A stretch of DNA of 64,000 bases from Eledone cirrhosa (lineage: Eukaryota). The notes under the pieces were generated by a model. That model worked only from the letters and a program-made list of their open reading frames with translations. It was not told the DNA's origin and ran no database searches. The DNA is taken from positions 12,090,001 through 12,154,000 of the forward strand of contig OZ024746.1 in the NCBI GenBank assembly GCA_964016885.1. Reading direction: 5' to 3'. This document shows positions 1-13,727 of this stretch, one piece after another; position 1 is the stretch's first letter; each line of letters starts with the position of its first letter. The position numbers were made by a program, and so were the translations under genes.

Positions 1-320
1 AGGCTGAAAATAGAAAGTTTGCCAATGTCTAGGGATGTGAGGATCAGAAATGTGAAGTGTTCTGCATTGCAAGGCAGTGTATCGGTGTGAAATGAGGCCT
101 GGAAATGTTACTATGAGAGATTGACGAATGTAGAGAATACATGGGAGTAAAAGAGACTACCCCCAGCTTACCCAACAGAAGGGCCAGCTAATGAAGCTGA
201 CAGTTATAGGGTCAAAGAAACAATTAAGGAGATGAAGGATTGTAAAGCTGCAGGACTGTCAGAGATAGTTGCTGAGATGCTAAAAGCATTGGGGGAAGTA
301 AGACTAGTAACTCACATAGT
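1..320 (+). mobile_element. Degenerate RTE-clade LINE ORF fragment
   Basis: Similar to the 5' part of the RTE at 8787-10951 (aaagctgcagga...gagatagttgctgagatgctaaaagca, about KAAG..EIVAEMLKA), with stops. Confidence 0.7.
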
Positions 321-488
321 CAGTGTGTGTGTGTGTGTGTACATGCATGCTTCGTACACTTTTAATATTGAGTAATCCATTTTTTGTTTTTTTGCTGTCA
401 ACATACATTACTATTATAAGTTCTAATATGTGTGTGTCTGTACACTGTTGAGAACGTACATCTGATATGTTATCTTTGCTATCTGTAG

Positions 489-544
489 GGTATATTTCCC
501 GCAGCATTTATATGCACCAAACAGTGTAAAGTGGATAACGAAGG
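489..544 (+). CDS. DOCK3: DOCK3/4-like Rac GEF, internal exon (end of SH3 domain; GIFPAAFICTKQCKVDNEG)
   Basis: tgtag|GGT...GAAGG|gtaagt, 56 nt, phase 0-2. Matches the DOCK SH3 motif GIFPxxYI. Upstream exons lie outside the window. The symbol denotes a DOCK3/4 co-ortholog. Confidence 0.9.
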
Positions 545-742
545 GTAAGTAATGAGATTTCACTTTGCTTCTGTCATTAACCATATGTCTTCTTTCTATT
601 TGTTTTATATCATTTGTTTATTTTAAATCTGTTTTGTTTAGATATTCTTTAGCTTGAGAAGTGGCTCAGCCCACAGCAAATCTATGGTTTATAAAACATC
701 TTATGACAGATGCAGTTAATGTTCAGTTAGAATTGGGCTGTA

Positions 743-923
743 TTGGATTGGCAGTATCAGTAGAGGGTCAGCTTTGCAGCATAGAGTTACGGCCCTTTGC
801 GGTCTGAGTTAAAATCCTGCTAAAGTTAACTTTGCCTTTCATCTTTATGGGGTCGATAAAATAAAGTACCAGTAATGTACTGGGGAAATTACTGGCCTTG
901 TGCCAAAAGTAGAAACAATTATT
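743..923 (+). mobile_element. tRNA-derived SINE (MetaSINE-like body)
   Basis: ggattggcagtatcagtagagg...gagttaaaatcc...aactttgcctttcatc...ggggtcgataaaataaagtaccagt; many related copies occur in the window. Confidence 0.8.
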
Positions 924-1041
924 AGATGGTGGAGAATGCTGGTCAGTGTATGAGATGTAATCAAACAGCTTTAATTCTCAGGATGAATATTTTGGTTTAT
1001 TTATATTAAGAAAAGTTAATAAAATACAATACTGGAAAGAT

Positions 1042-1441
1042 GAAGTGCTGGTGTCACAATAAAAGGCTCCCAGCCCGCTCTGTAAAGCGGAAGTGCTGGT
1101 GTCACAATAAAAGGCTCCCAGCCCGCTCTGTAAAGCGGAAGTGCTGGTGTCACAATAAAAGGCACCCAGCTGACACTGGAAGTGGAAGTGCTGGTATCAT
1201 GATAAAATGCACCCAGGCCACTCTGTAAAGTAGTACTGTTGGTCCATGATAAATTGTACCTAGTTCACACTGTAAAGTGGTAGATAAAAATAACACCCAA
1301 TCAACCCTAGCAGGTATTTGTAGTGATGCTATAAAAAAATAAACCCAGTAATGAGTAAGACATGGTCAGCTGTCCTGGCTAACCTCAGAATGTGACAACT
1401 CATTTAACCAGCATAGATGGAATGTGGTGATGATGATGATG
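1042..1441 (+). repeat. RTE 3' UTR remnant with 48-bp tandem subrepeats and (GAT)n tail
   Basis: gaagtgctggtgtcacaataaaaggctcccagcccgctctgtaaagcg x~2.6 plus degenerate units; ends in gatgatgatgat. Confidence 0.65.
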
Positions 1442-1636
1442 GAAAAAGTAAAATTGTTTTGTACATTTCTTATAACAAGTTAACATGGATTAGCATTTTT
1501 CTTTTTGATAATCCCTACCTTCTAAAAGTTTGATCAATAGTAATATGGTCAGTAAACTATTAAAGTATACATTGTTTGTGTTTTCATGATGGTTGTTTTA
1601 ATGGTCATTTTTATTAATAATATTACATGGGCACAG

Positions 1637-1848
1637 TGGATGGGAAGTATTGGTAGAGTATTGGACATGTTTTATGGCATAGGGTCATGCTCCTTTATGA
1701 TAAGAGTTCAAATCCTACCAAGGTTAGCTTTGCCTTTCATCCTTCGGGGTCGATAAAATAAAGTACCAGTAACACAGTGGGGTCGATTTAATCAACTCTC
1801 CTTTCTCCTAAAATTGTTGGCCTTGTGCCTTAATCAGAAACCAATATT
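1637..1848 (+). mobile_element. tRNA-derived SINE copy
   Basis: B-box gagttcaaatcc followed by gcctttcatccttcggggtcgataaaataaagtaccagt. Confidence 0.75.
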
Positions 1849-2484
1849 ACAAGGGTGATGGAATTGCAGGAACAGTCGAGAAGTTACCCTAAATATCTTG
1901 CAGTTTATAGTTATGACCATTGATTGCCCTAACCCATAAACAAAACACACATACACAGAAAATCAAAATCAACCTTGAACTAAGCCAGCTATGAACCAAC
2001 CGCCTATACTTGGCCTCATACACCTTTCATATTTCCCGTTAAACTCACTCCTGACCAGCACCAATTACTGGTATGAGGAAGACATGTTATCAAGCTGTAG
2101 CCATCATATTACCTAGTTTCTGTAAAATTAACATTATTCTAACATGGTCAACTTTGTCTTTCATTCTCCTGGGATTTTGCAATATTAATTTGTGACATTC
2201 TCTAAACAAGAACTAAAATATGTATTAGTCAAGTTCTGAGATAAATTCAATCAGACTATACCATTATCCTTCAAATTCGTACCAGTTGCATACTGGAGTT
2301 TGTCCCCCCCCCCCCCCCCCCTTACAAATTTGGGGCCTTGTCATAATGTGGGAAATCATTACTAATGAAACATATTTACATCATCTTTCTGAGTTCAAAT
2401 TTAGTTGGAGTAGATTTTACCTGTCATTTAATTATTTTTGGGTGATTAAACCACTTAAGCTTTTCAATACATTTATTCTTTCAG

Positions 2485-2581
2485 TCCCTATGAATCTATC
2501 ACACCAATTGTTGACCAGACGGCTTTGGAAGTCTCCTATGTACTCAGGGAATGGAGTGTTTTATGGAAGGAAGCCTTTGTG
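2485..2581 (+). CDS. DOCK3: DOCK3/4-like exon (PYESITPIVDQTALEVSYVLREWSVLWKEAFV)
   Basis: ttcag|T...GTG|gtgagt, 97 nt, phase 2-0. Carries the LREWxxxWK motif of the DOCK_N region. Confidence 0.93.
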
Positions 2582-3507
2582 GTGAGTTATTGTAAACAGA
2601 GAAATATTTTCTCAAAGTTATTTTTGTATTATACTGTGTTTCTTATATTGATATATTTGATAATTTCAACAAATGTAAGTCTTTAATGTTCAGTAGTGAT
2701 GGTGAGGTAATAGCAAGACCATGTTTTAGTGTTTCAGTTATCACTCATCTGACCTATCAAAACACTTGTCACTTTTACAGTGCTGCCACTACTTACTACA
2801 GTGAACCATTCCACCCTGTTGAAAGTTATATATTATTTTATATGTATCTTGGCCATGGAAGCCACACTAGTAGCAACATACAAATAAATGGTTATCCCTT
2901 GGCTGTTGAATGTTCAGTATTCTATCAATTTGGTCATCTCAGTTCTCTATAAATGTATGGGGACCAGATATACCATGCTTTAGTCTGTCATTTCATACTA
3001 CACTGCTCACACTGTCATGCAGTTATTGATAGTATGAAGCTGTTCTATCCAGTTTAATGTCTAGTCTGTTTTGTTGCCTTAAGTTGTAAATGCTGATTCA
3101 AGTTGTTGCAAATATTTGCAAATTGAATTTGTTGAATATTAGAGGCACTTTCTGTGATTTTGTTGTAGGTTGGTGGCACATTACTACCAACTTTATTATT
3201 ATTAGACATTGAAGAGCGCAATAGCAGAGTGCTGGGCTATATGTATTACATCTAAATATCCTTCTTGATACTGAGTTCAGATTTTACTGAAGTCAACTTT
3301 GCTTCTCATCTCTCCATTATCGATAAAATAAATAGCAGTAATATAATGGTGTATTGGATATTTACAACATCTGTAGGTTAGAATAAAACAGCATTTAGCT
3401 GTTATAGCAAATCTAATATTTACAAACCCATGCAAGCGTGGAAGATGGACATTAAATGATGATGATGAATGATGATGATGATTGACTATCAGTACTATAT
3501 TAATTAT

Positions 3508-3668
3508 AGGCAGTGAATTGGCAGAGTCATTAGAACGTCGGATAGTATGCTTTATGTTGTTCATTCTGGCACTCTGCTCTTGAAGTTCAAATCCCGCAGA
3601 GGTCAACCTTGCCTTTCATCCTTTTGAGGTTGATAAAAAAAAATACCAGGCTAGAACTGGGGTCGATT
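3508..3668 (+). mobile_element. tRNA-derived SINE copy
   Basis: ggcagtgaattggcagagtcattag...gttcaaatcccgcagaggtcaaccttgcctttcatcc. Confidence 0.75.
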
Positions 3669-4820
3669 CTTCCTCTCTTTGGAAGAAATCTGCTGTACTC
3701 AGGCCAGGAGAGGGATGGGCTCCACTAAGCTTTAAATGTCCAAGAAACACCGTATATCAATACGACACCCCTATGACTCTATCAGGATTTATGGGACTAT
3801 ACATACTGTATTAATTAAATGCATGCTTTTAATGTTTATAGTATGTTAGTTGTTCTGTTCAATGGAATTCTTACTGCACTTAAGAGACATCTTAGATATC
3901 TGTCCAGTTTTTCTTATTGTATTATAGTAAGTTTGATGTTTTGTTGTAGTATTTTGATCTTTTACAAATCTTTACTACTGTTTTGATATAATAGCGTGTT
4001 GGATACAACATTTATCATAGGTTTCTACTATACTATAACTTTATAACTGTTTCTTTTGCTATAGATATGGGTCTGTTTTATACTATTATGAAGTGTTTGA
4101 TGATTACAATAGTTGTGATAAGATCTGTAATCAACCAAGTTGATAATGCGATACCTTAGAGATCAAATTGTTCTGTTTAGTCTCTAACACTGTATTGTCT
4201 TCGAAAGACACTTAACTTTTAATATCCCAACAAACTAATTATGAACTGTTATCTTATGGTGTCACTGCTAATTATTTGTATAAATTGGAAAATATTTTGT
4301 TAGGCTGCAGTGGATGAGGTGCCAGATTTAGGACAAATGAAGCTCTGTGCTAGTTAAGTTATGAGGTCCCTTACATTTGAAAAATTCATTGTAAACATTT
4401 TTGGGACAGGAAGATGCTCACCCCCCATCCCTGGCAAACGGGGCCCTGTGCTTAATCACACCTAAGCACAATGGTAAATTCGGCAGTGAGTGCATGGACT
4501 TCAAGAAGGGAAAAGGTTTTTACATATTCTCACTTAAATCCTTATAAGAAGATAAATATTTTGTTGTTGATCCATTCGATAAATAACCTTGTGGATTTAT
4601 TATTGTCTCAATTTTTATTAACATGCGCATTGAGAAAGACATGAGTGTCATAAAATCTTACTTTATTCCCTCTGTAAAGCTAAAGTCTTGCACATGTACA
4701 AGATAAGGATGTATGGGTTGTTTTAGTTTACATTTCATTTTAAATCTGAATGGATTTTTCACTTTGGAATATGGCAATATTGTTTAAATTATTTCCATTC
4801 ATATTAAAAATGGTATTTTT

Positions 4821-4960
4821 TTGCAGAAGTAGTTAGCAAAGAGTAATCCCATATACCTTGCATTTGTTGATCTGGAAAAAGCTTTTGGTAGGGTTCTCCA
4901 CTCTATAATCAGGTGGCCTCTTAGGAAATTAGAGGTAGAGGAATTGCTTGTAAGAGTGGA
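4821..4960 (+). mobile_element. RTE reverse transcriptase fragment
   Basis: Reads LQK*LAKSNPIYLAFVDLEKAFGRV..IIRWPLRKL, homologous to the RT motif in the 9319-10842 ORF. Confidence 0.75.
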
Positions 4961-5236
4961 GATTAGGAGGCAAAGGGTAGTGATGGGGGAAAAGGGAAAA
5001 GAATACGATTTGATAGTTGCTCTATAACTCACCTGACTACAAATATTCAAACAGGATGATTTAAGGATGCTACTTACTAATATTTAGCTGGAGATTGAAG
5101 AATTTGTTTCATCACATCTGTCATACAATTCACTTTAATAAATTAATCTTAGATACTTTTATTTTTGATGTAATGTTATTTTTGTTGTTTGAATTCATCT
5201 TCATCACCACCACCATAATAATAATAATAATGATAA

Positions 5237-5581
5237 TAATTGTTTCTACTTTTGGCACAAGGCCAGCAATTATCCAGTACATTACTGGTACTTTATTTTA
5301 TCGACCCCGTAAGGATGAAAGGCAAAGTTAACCTCGACGGGATTTGATAATAATAATAATGATGATTTCTACTATAGGCACAGGGCCAGTAATTTATGGG
5401 GAGGGGAAAGTTGATTAGATCGACCCAGTACGGTACTGGTACTTTATTTTATCGACTCCGTAAGGATGAAAGGCAAAGTTAACCTCGGCAGGATTTGAAC
5501 TCAGACTGTAATAATAATAAAAATAATAATGTTGCAAAGCATGGCGTCCGACCCTCAACCGATACTGCCAATCCACCGCCC
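5237..5581 (-). mobile_element. Cluster of partial and nested tRNA-SINE copies (antisense)
   Basis: Repeated actggtactttattttatcgac.ccgtaaggatgaaaggcaaagttaacctc separated by (TAA)n tails. Confidence 0.8.
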
Positions 5582-6154
5582 TTAATAATAGAAATAATAA
5601 AAATAATAATAATTATTATTTTTTCTTTTACTGTAGTTATTTTTCAGCAAGTTTAATTTCTCAGTTTTGATAACTAATTGGAAACAATTTTATTTAACGT
5701 TAACACGTTAATATTCATGTAAGAAACTTGTAACTTCTCATAACGTCTGTCTCCTAAAATTCTCTCTAAGTTGAGAAGTCATAACTTATTTGTTTATATT
5801 GATGTCATGTAGCCATATGTTGGATCAGTTTGACATTATCACAATTCTTTGGAATAATGTTGATCCTTTTTCATTTACTTTTCTTCTATCAAATCTTCAT
5901 ACAACATCCATATTTTGTTTACATTATCATCTTTCTTCTTACCCATACTACCATTAATATCATCATCTAGAATTATCCTTGTATCTAAATTAGAAACCAA
6001 TATTAGCTCTATAAGCATCATCATCATCATTTCATCACCTTTTTCATCTTATATATACACTAGACTGATCCTCCCTGCATCTTCTGTTATTATATCAATG
6101 CAGATTACTAACACTGATTAGCTAAAAAGTTTTTGTTTGAAATATTATGTTTAA

Positions 6155-6373
6155 CCCTTTTACATTTAAACTGGCCGTACCCGACGAGAATTCTCTCACC
6201 TCTTTCAGTTCAAACCGGCTGTAACTGGCTGCTCATACTTATGTTAAGATATTGTTCTCAAAATAAATAATATCAAAATCTCATAGATTTGATATTACGC
6301 GAGATACTTGTGAGGTAAAGCCTTTACCATCAAAATATAATAGTATATATAGAGTAATGTAAATGCTAAAGGC
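6155..6373. mobile_element. piggyBac-like MITE
   Basis: TTAA|CCCTTTtacattt ... aaatgctAAAGGC|TTAA: TTAA target duplication and CCCTTT-type TIRs (one terminal mismatch). Confidence 0.65.
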
Positions 6374-6379
6374 TTAACT

Positions 6380-6707
6380 CAGCGGTTCTCACAGCACACT
6401 ATTGAATATGTAAAAATATTTTGGCGCAATTTGTATCTAAATAAAAAAAAAAAAAATAAAAATAGCATAACATAAAGTAGAAATATAGATAACTAAAATT
6501 AGTCAATAAATGGAGCAAGAGTATTAATGAGAAACATATTGTTATTGTTGACATTTGATAGTTATATATGAAGTTTATTAGGATTTTTAATTTATAGTTT
6601 TAACATTTTGAAATTGAATCTTGCTCTTTTGAGATGCACCTAATAACTAAAACCTTCAGGTGCACTGGTGCACCAGTGCATCATAGTGCACCATTTAGAA
6701 ACCACTG
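6380..6707. mobile_element. hAT/Charlie-like non-autonomous element
   Basis: Ends cagcggttctca / tagaaaccactg; internal perfect palindrome tgcactggtgcaccagtgca at 6661-6680; no clear 8-bp TSD. Confidence 0.5.
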
Positions 6708-7044
6708 AGTAAGTTACTTTGCTACATTGTTTGATGCTTTGTTGTCCATAATTCAATTCCTTTTGAGGAAGCTTGAGTTTATCCTTCATCTCTCTAGGCT
6801 TCTGGAAGAAAGTGCCATTAATATACTGAAATCTATTTAATCAATTGTAGCTCATTTCTTACAAAAGAGTTTTTTGTCTAGCCTAAAGAAATCATTATTT
6901 TAAACAGAGTTCTAGCACTGGTGCCTTATCCAAAGTTATTATTATATCAAACAGGTACAAATACACATTGTACATGTTGACATGCACTTTATTAAGTTCT
7001 TCCAATATTGGATGGGTTAGCATGATCAACACACTCGCAGACAG

Positions 7045-7076
<32 letters not shown>

Positions 7077-8786
7077 CATTACAGTAGTTGACAGAAGAAT
7101 GATGATTCAAATCAATGAGCAAAAGTAATGTCTTACTTATATATCCATTTCTGGACTTTGGTGGAACATTGAGCTGGTACTCATTTTTAGTTTCCACCAT
7201 ACTAAATTATTGTGGAATAAAGTTTCTCTTGGATAAGATTAAGTCTATCACAGATTATTTTTTGTATAGTTGGAATTGAATTCAAGCTCTGAAAGTCAGT
7301 AAAGAGTGTGGCGAATTGGTGAACCCATTAGAATGTCAGAATACTTTGTGATATTTGTTCAAATCCTTCCAAGGTTAACTTTACTTTTCATCCTTTCAAG
7401 GTTGATAAAAACCTACCAGTCCAGTACTGGAAGAAATTGGATGTGTTCCAAAATTGGCTGGAACGAAGATGGGTTTTGACAAGTTTAAACTACCCAAAAC
7501 ATGACATATGTCATGACAGCACCCCTATGACTCCACCAGGAGTTACACATTCATACATACAAGTCATTAAAGAATTTGTCAATTGTACAGTTCTTCTGCT
7601 GATAGTTTGAGATGTCACCTCCCTCACCTATAGTATATATTTTCATTTGGTACACTGATCTATTCAAGAATATCTTGGCCATAAATACAATATAGCTCCA
7701 GTGACTATATATAAACTGCTGACCTCTCAGTTAGGTTTCCAGTACTTCCACATTCATGTACTTCCACAAATAGTATTGAATTTATTAATTTCCAGAAAAA
7801 TAAGTGAGGTAGGTGGAAATAATAGGTATCAGAACACTGTACTAAAATGATTGCTTTTTTAGATATGTTATGAGATGGTCTGTTCAAAGCACATATTCTA
7901 TAATGAAAGCCAAACAGCTATTTATGATGTTAGTAGCAGTTGTGAAGTTATAAGTATTTTGATACAAAGTCTGGTTGAATAGACCAGTCAAAAAAGAAAA
8001 AGGAAAGTGTTTTAACTGTCAGAATGTAAAAGTAACTGGATTGGGGTTTTATTTCTTCATATTGATTGACATTAAATGCTGGCTCTCAAGCAAATAATTG
8101 ACCTTTTATTTGTGTCTATGAGGATGATTTGCCTCTTGGAAATGCTTCTCCAACTGTTACTTGACTTGTAAATATTTTGATGACTTCACCAGGATAATGG
8201 TTAGTTCTCATAGAACCAACTGAAAGTATTCAAGCAAAAATGAAACATAAACTCGAAAGAAAAAATGTTGACACCATTATTTTATTTATATAAAGACAAA
8301 AAATAAAATAAAGTCTAAAATATATATAAAATATATAAAGACAAAAAATAAAATAAAGTCTGTGAGCATTAAAAGGATGTTTTATGTTTGATTTTATATC
8401 ATTTAATTAACTATTTGATTATAGCCTCACTATTTAAATAAATTAGTGTTATATCTAGTTATAAACTAAAGACTTGGATTTTTAGTGTGATGCTGTCATA
8501 GTGATGTTTTGTACTTTTCAAGAATGTCTTGCTAATGAGGTGTCATATGCTATAGATCTTTGAGTTAAGAATGATTACTTTGACAAACATTTTTAGGACT
8601 GTAGTATATTGGCTTTGAACCTAGCTTTGAGATATAAATAAAAGTTTTGGAAGAGGAAGATAATCAGTGTATTTACCCCAGTATTTGACAGTCACTTTAA
8701 TTTAACTCCTGAAGGGTGGAGGACTAAGTTAACTGTGGCAGAATTTGAATTTATAAAGAGACACACTAAACACTGCAAGATATATA

Positions 8787-10950
8787 TCATCATCATCGTT
8801 TAACGTCCATATTCCACGCTTGCATGGGTTTGGACGGGAGTTTTCCCACTTGAGGCAAGAGTGGTTGTCTTGCTCGTATAGGACTGTCTGGCGGGTTTTC
8901 TATGGCCGGATGCCCTTCCTAACACCAACCACATTTACAGTATGGAACTGGGAGGTTTTTACCGTGTTATCTACAGGGCCACATTACAGCGTGGACTGTG
9001 TTTTTTTTTTTTTTTTTTTTTTTTGTGACACCTACACGACCTCATTTGTTTTGGGCTGGATGTTGTGGTACCAACATAACTTTACATTTAAAGGGGTGGT
9101 GTGGATGGGGTGCGGGTAGTGGGACAGGGGTGTATTTTGTTAGAGGTGCCTACTGACTGTAGTAGGTTTCACTTTGCACTTAAGTAAGGCGGGTCTTCTC
9201 TATTACTGTGTAGCGCCAAAGATCTCGGTCCAGTGACATTGTCTTGGAGAGGTGTAAGTGTGTGAGGTCAGAATTTATCAAGTCGTCCCAGGTTTTTCTG
9301 GGTCTGCCTACTCCGTGGCTACCATTTATTTTTATTGCCCTGCACTTTTTTATACAGCTGTTGTCTTTCATGCGCATCACGTGACCATACCAAACGTAGT
9401 CTTCTCTCGAGTAAACAACATCTGATCCCTCTTATTCCTAATTTCTCCCTTACTTCATTTATGCTTTGCCATTCACGTATATTACTATTACACACCCAGC
9501 GGAGCATGCAAGCTTCGTTTCTCTCCAGTCTGCGTATATCCTCTGCACACAATGCCCAGGTCTCACTGCCATGTAACATTGCTGTTCGTATGCAGGCATC
9601 GTACAGCCTGCCTTTCATTTTTAGAGAGAACCCTTTAGCGGCCAATAGTGGTATAAGCTCTCTGAACTTTTTCCATCCCGTTCTGACTCTAGCTACTGTA
9701 CTTTCAGAGCACCCTCCCCCACTGCTGATTTTGTCACCCAGGTAACGGAAGCTGTCCACTATTTCTATAGAACCATCTGTGCAATGGAATGAGTTAGTAT
9801 TCTGTGGGCACTTGCTGCTACTTATTGCACCAGAGCACCGGCCACATATAAAATCTATATTCTTAGTTAGCTTACCTGTGATCCCACTACATCTTTTATG
9901 CACCCATACTTTGCATTTGGGATGTAAAATGGAGTTTCTGCCTACTCCTTTCCTACACACTGAGCAGGGCCAATTCCCAGATGGGACCGGTGCCCTATTT
10001 TCCTTCCTACAAACTAGGACTTTAACCTTAGACAAGTTAACTTTAAGGCCTTTTGATTCTAGGCCATGCTTCCATGTTTGGAATTTCTTCTCTAGTTCAG
10101 CCATTGATTCAGCTATGAGCGTTAGATCATCTGCATATAGGAGTTCCCATGGGCAGCCGGTCTTGAACTCCTCTGTTATAGCCTGAAGGGCAATAATAAA
10201 TAGTAGGGGGCTAAGGACGGAGCCCTGATGAACACCAACTTTTACGCTAAACTCTTCACTATAATCATTGTTAATTCTAACCTTGCTGACTGTTTCTTTA
10301 TACATGGCTTGTATAGCTCTCACAAGCCATTCATCAACACCTAGTTTTCTAAGGGCCCACCAGATAATCGAGCGGGGTACTCTGTCAAAGGCTTTCTCCA
10401 AGTCAACAAAAGCTAAGTATTGGGGTTTACTTTTAACTAGGTACTTCTCCTGTAGTTGACGTACAATGAAAAGAGCGTCTGTTGTACTTTTACCTGACAC
10501 AAACCCGAACTGCATTTCGTCTAGATCAATTCGCTCTCTGATTAGTTGCACTATTACTTTTTCTGTGACCTTCATGACCTGGTCAATTAATTTAATGCCT
10601 CTATAGTTTCCCCTATCTAGGGCATCACCTTTACCCTTGTAGCAGTTAATGATGATGCTGCTGCGCCAGTCCTTCGGAACGACCCCATTCTGTATGACTT
10701 GGTTTACTATCCGGGTGACCATAGTGTGTCCCACCGTTCCAGATGCTTTCAGCATTTCGGCAACTATTTCCAAAGGCCCAGCCGCCTTGCCCATCTTCAT
10801 GTCTTTGATCGCCTTACTTATTATACTACCTTCAACTTGCACTGCTGGTCCCTCTATTGGGTCGACGTGGGGGAGACTGTCTTTCTCCCAATTATTCTCC
10901 TCATTTAGTAGCCTTTCGTAGTGACACTTCCAAACTACCTTCTTATCAGC

Positions 10951-10951
<1 letters not shown>
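8787..10951 (-). mobile_element. 5'-truncated RTE-clade LINE (RT with PHD-like finger, 3' UTR, (GAT)n tail)
   Basis: ORF 9319-10842 has YRGIKL, AFVDLEKAFDRV, GVHQGSVLSP, LYADD and FRYLG. A frameshift near 9390 continues into ORF 9180-9380 (GRPRKTW). Tail catcatcatcgtttaacgtcc; the 5' end abuts (TA)n. Confidence 0.95.
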
Positions 10952-10995
<44 letters not shown>

Positions 10996-12764
10996 ATATA
11001 TTCATCATCATCATTGGTTAATGTCCATTTCCCACTGGTTTGCAGTATCAGTAGAGTGCCTGACAAAATACTTTGTAGCAGTTAGTTAAATCTCTTTATA
11101 GTTTGAGTTCAAACCCTGCTAAGTTGACTTTTCCTCTCATTATTCTGGGTTGTTCTTTTGCCTAAAAAATAGTGATCTTGGCTTAAACCAGAAATTATTA
11201 TATTATGTTGAAATAAGGCACCTGAAGTTGACTGCAATAAAAACCAATTGAAAAGTAGTGCAAATATTTCACTCTATAACTTTTACTTCAACAGTTTACA
11301 CTAAGTAATTAATAATGATTTAATATATATATATATATACTTATACAAGCCGGTGTATAAATATATGTGTTATGGGATACAACACACACGCTCTCTCTTG
11401 CTTGCTTGAATTCTTCTAGCAACTCCGTTGCAAATGCTATCTCATAAGAGTTGATAAACTACATAGAAAATAACTGAATTATAAACTGCCACAATGTTTT
11501 ATCTACAGATGGATATTTATAGTTGTAATGCACAAGAGCATGCTCATATACAAAAGAAAAGCAAATTTTATGTATCAGAGGCATGCTTAATCCAGGTAAG
11601 TTAGCTACTCCTTCTGCTACACTAAGCCTTCATAACATATTTTATTAATACTTTCAAATTAATTAATCTCTTGCAAAAACTCTTTTATTTTGATGTCAGA
11701 AATTAAGCACGCTTCTAAATTCCATTTTTACTTATTTTTTATTAAATAATTAATGCTTTACTAACAAAACAGAATAATTGAATAAATAAATATATTAGGC
11801 TTTACTAGTTTTAGTAACTGTCAAGATGCTCTTCTCACTGTATCAATGACTCAAAAGGTTACGCAGTGTCAGTTTTGGGTAGGATATAGATTAATAACTT
11901 TAGTTAATAGATACTTAGACAGTGTTTGCTGATGTTAGGGGTGGATAATGAACAGTTTTGTTTCATAAATTAAGCTAAGAATAAAATTGATAGCAACATG
12001 GTTAGAAGAATTTGCTTTTCGAGAAATCTCTTTAAATTTAAGATGCTATCTTGTTTAATTCAATGTTGAAATCAGGAAGGAAAAGCAATGTTGATTTTGG
12101 TTACTTGTAGCTTATGAGAGAGGACTGTGGCCAAAGTTTTTGTTGGATTTGCGCAAAATTGAGAAGTACGATATAATATAAAGATATAAATTCATCAATT
12201 TGATTTTGAGGGGGACCACTCTCTTGTGTGTAGAGTACAGATAAATTGGAAACTGATAGATAATGATAATATTGATGATGTAAAGTTTTATGCTATTGAT
12301 AATGAAATTATCACCCATTGTGAGGCTTCGATTTAGTATTTTATTGATAATGAATACTACTGAACAGATATTATATGATAAGGATTTGATGACGATTGCT
12401 AGTATCATCTCCTTAGCACAGATCGTTTCTACTCTATCACCATTACTCCTTACTATTATCACTAATATTATCACTACTACTACTAGTACCAACTATTGCT
12501 GCCATTAACTTTGCCACTTCTTTATACCATAATTGATATTCTTACTGTTACCAGGCTATTACTAGCAACATTATCACCACAATGTACATTATTATTTCAA
12601 TCATTAATCTCCCTTATACCACTGTCACCACCACCACTGCCACTACCACCACCGTTGTCATCACCGTCGCCTCCACTGTCAACCTCACCACCAACATCAC
12701 TGCACCACCAACATCACTGCACCATCACCATCACCACCACCAACACACCAACTTCACCACCACC

Positions 12765-13420
12765 TAGGTCCTATCCTCATCAAGTCTTTCAAAATCTCTC
12801 TCTGTTTCCGAGAATCTATCCTGATCTTAGGCAATCTGTTACAGTGTCTCTCATTCTCAACAAAGGCAACCTCTCTAATCCTCATCAACTATTGACCAAT
12901 CACTGCCAACATCTCAACAACTTGAGTTACTGTCTTTCTTTAGTGATTATCAGCTTGGATGTTGTAGAGCCAAGTCCACCTAGGACCTGCTCTTCTATGT
13001 CATTCTCTAGTGGTTCTTCACTTTGTCAAATATTCATGAAGAGAGACCTTGAAAACATTCTCCATTGGAGTCATGATAATCTTGTTTCTTTCAGCAATAC
13101 AAAAACTTAGATGCACAAAGTGAAGAAACAGTCTTCCACCTCACTCTCTGTAGTTTTAGATAATATGTAAATATAACCCTCAAACTCACTACAAATGCTT
13201 GACCGCAAAATTGCTGGGAATCTCCTGGCAATCTTGCATCTATAACAGCAAAAGTTGCATCACAAAGACTTGTCTTCCTTTTCAGGGCCAGAAATACTTT
13301 AGTCCCAAACAGGTGCTGACTCTCTCCAACATTCAAATGAAACTGACAATGGAATATTACTCCCACATTTGGGTTGGTGCTCCTGCTACATAAAAAAATA
13401 TCCTAGACCACATTGGAAAA
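12765..13420 (+). mobile_element. Degenerate CR1/Jockey-group LINE RT fragment
   Basis: KGNLSNP (KGDxSxPxNYRPI-like), DLENILHWSHDNLVSFSNTKT and KYFSPKQVL..MEYYSHIWVGA; many deletions. Confidence 0.7.
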
Positions 13421-13727
13421 CCTAAGTCAGTAGGAATAGTGTTTCAAGACGTCCACAACCAAAGCACCTCATATTCAATGACAAAGTTCTAGCTCTAATA
13501 GTGTATATAAACGATATATATATGTTTAAGATGATCCTGCTTAGGGTGAAAGCAGAGATTTTTTTTGCTTAAACTTTTAATCTGTACTAATAAGTATATA
13601 ATAAATATTTACTATACAGGTTTATATATACTTAAATCATCATTACCATCATCACCGTTTTACGTCCGTTCTTCCACGCTAGCATGGGTTATATAAACAA
13701 CCCTTATTGAGTTATATATATATATAT

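Noticed and set aside
9335-10921. Plus-strand ORFs overlapping the RTE copies (also 34884-35330 and 36803-37854)
   Set aside because: Antisense shadows of LINE coding sequence.
12496-13110. 204-aa Pro-rich ORF
   Set aside because: A (CAC)n low-complexity tract fused to a decayed LINE RT fragment.
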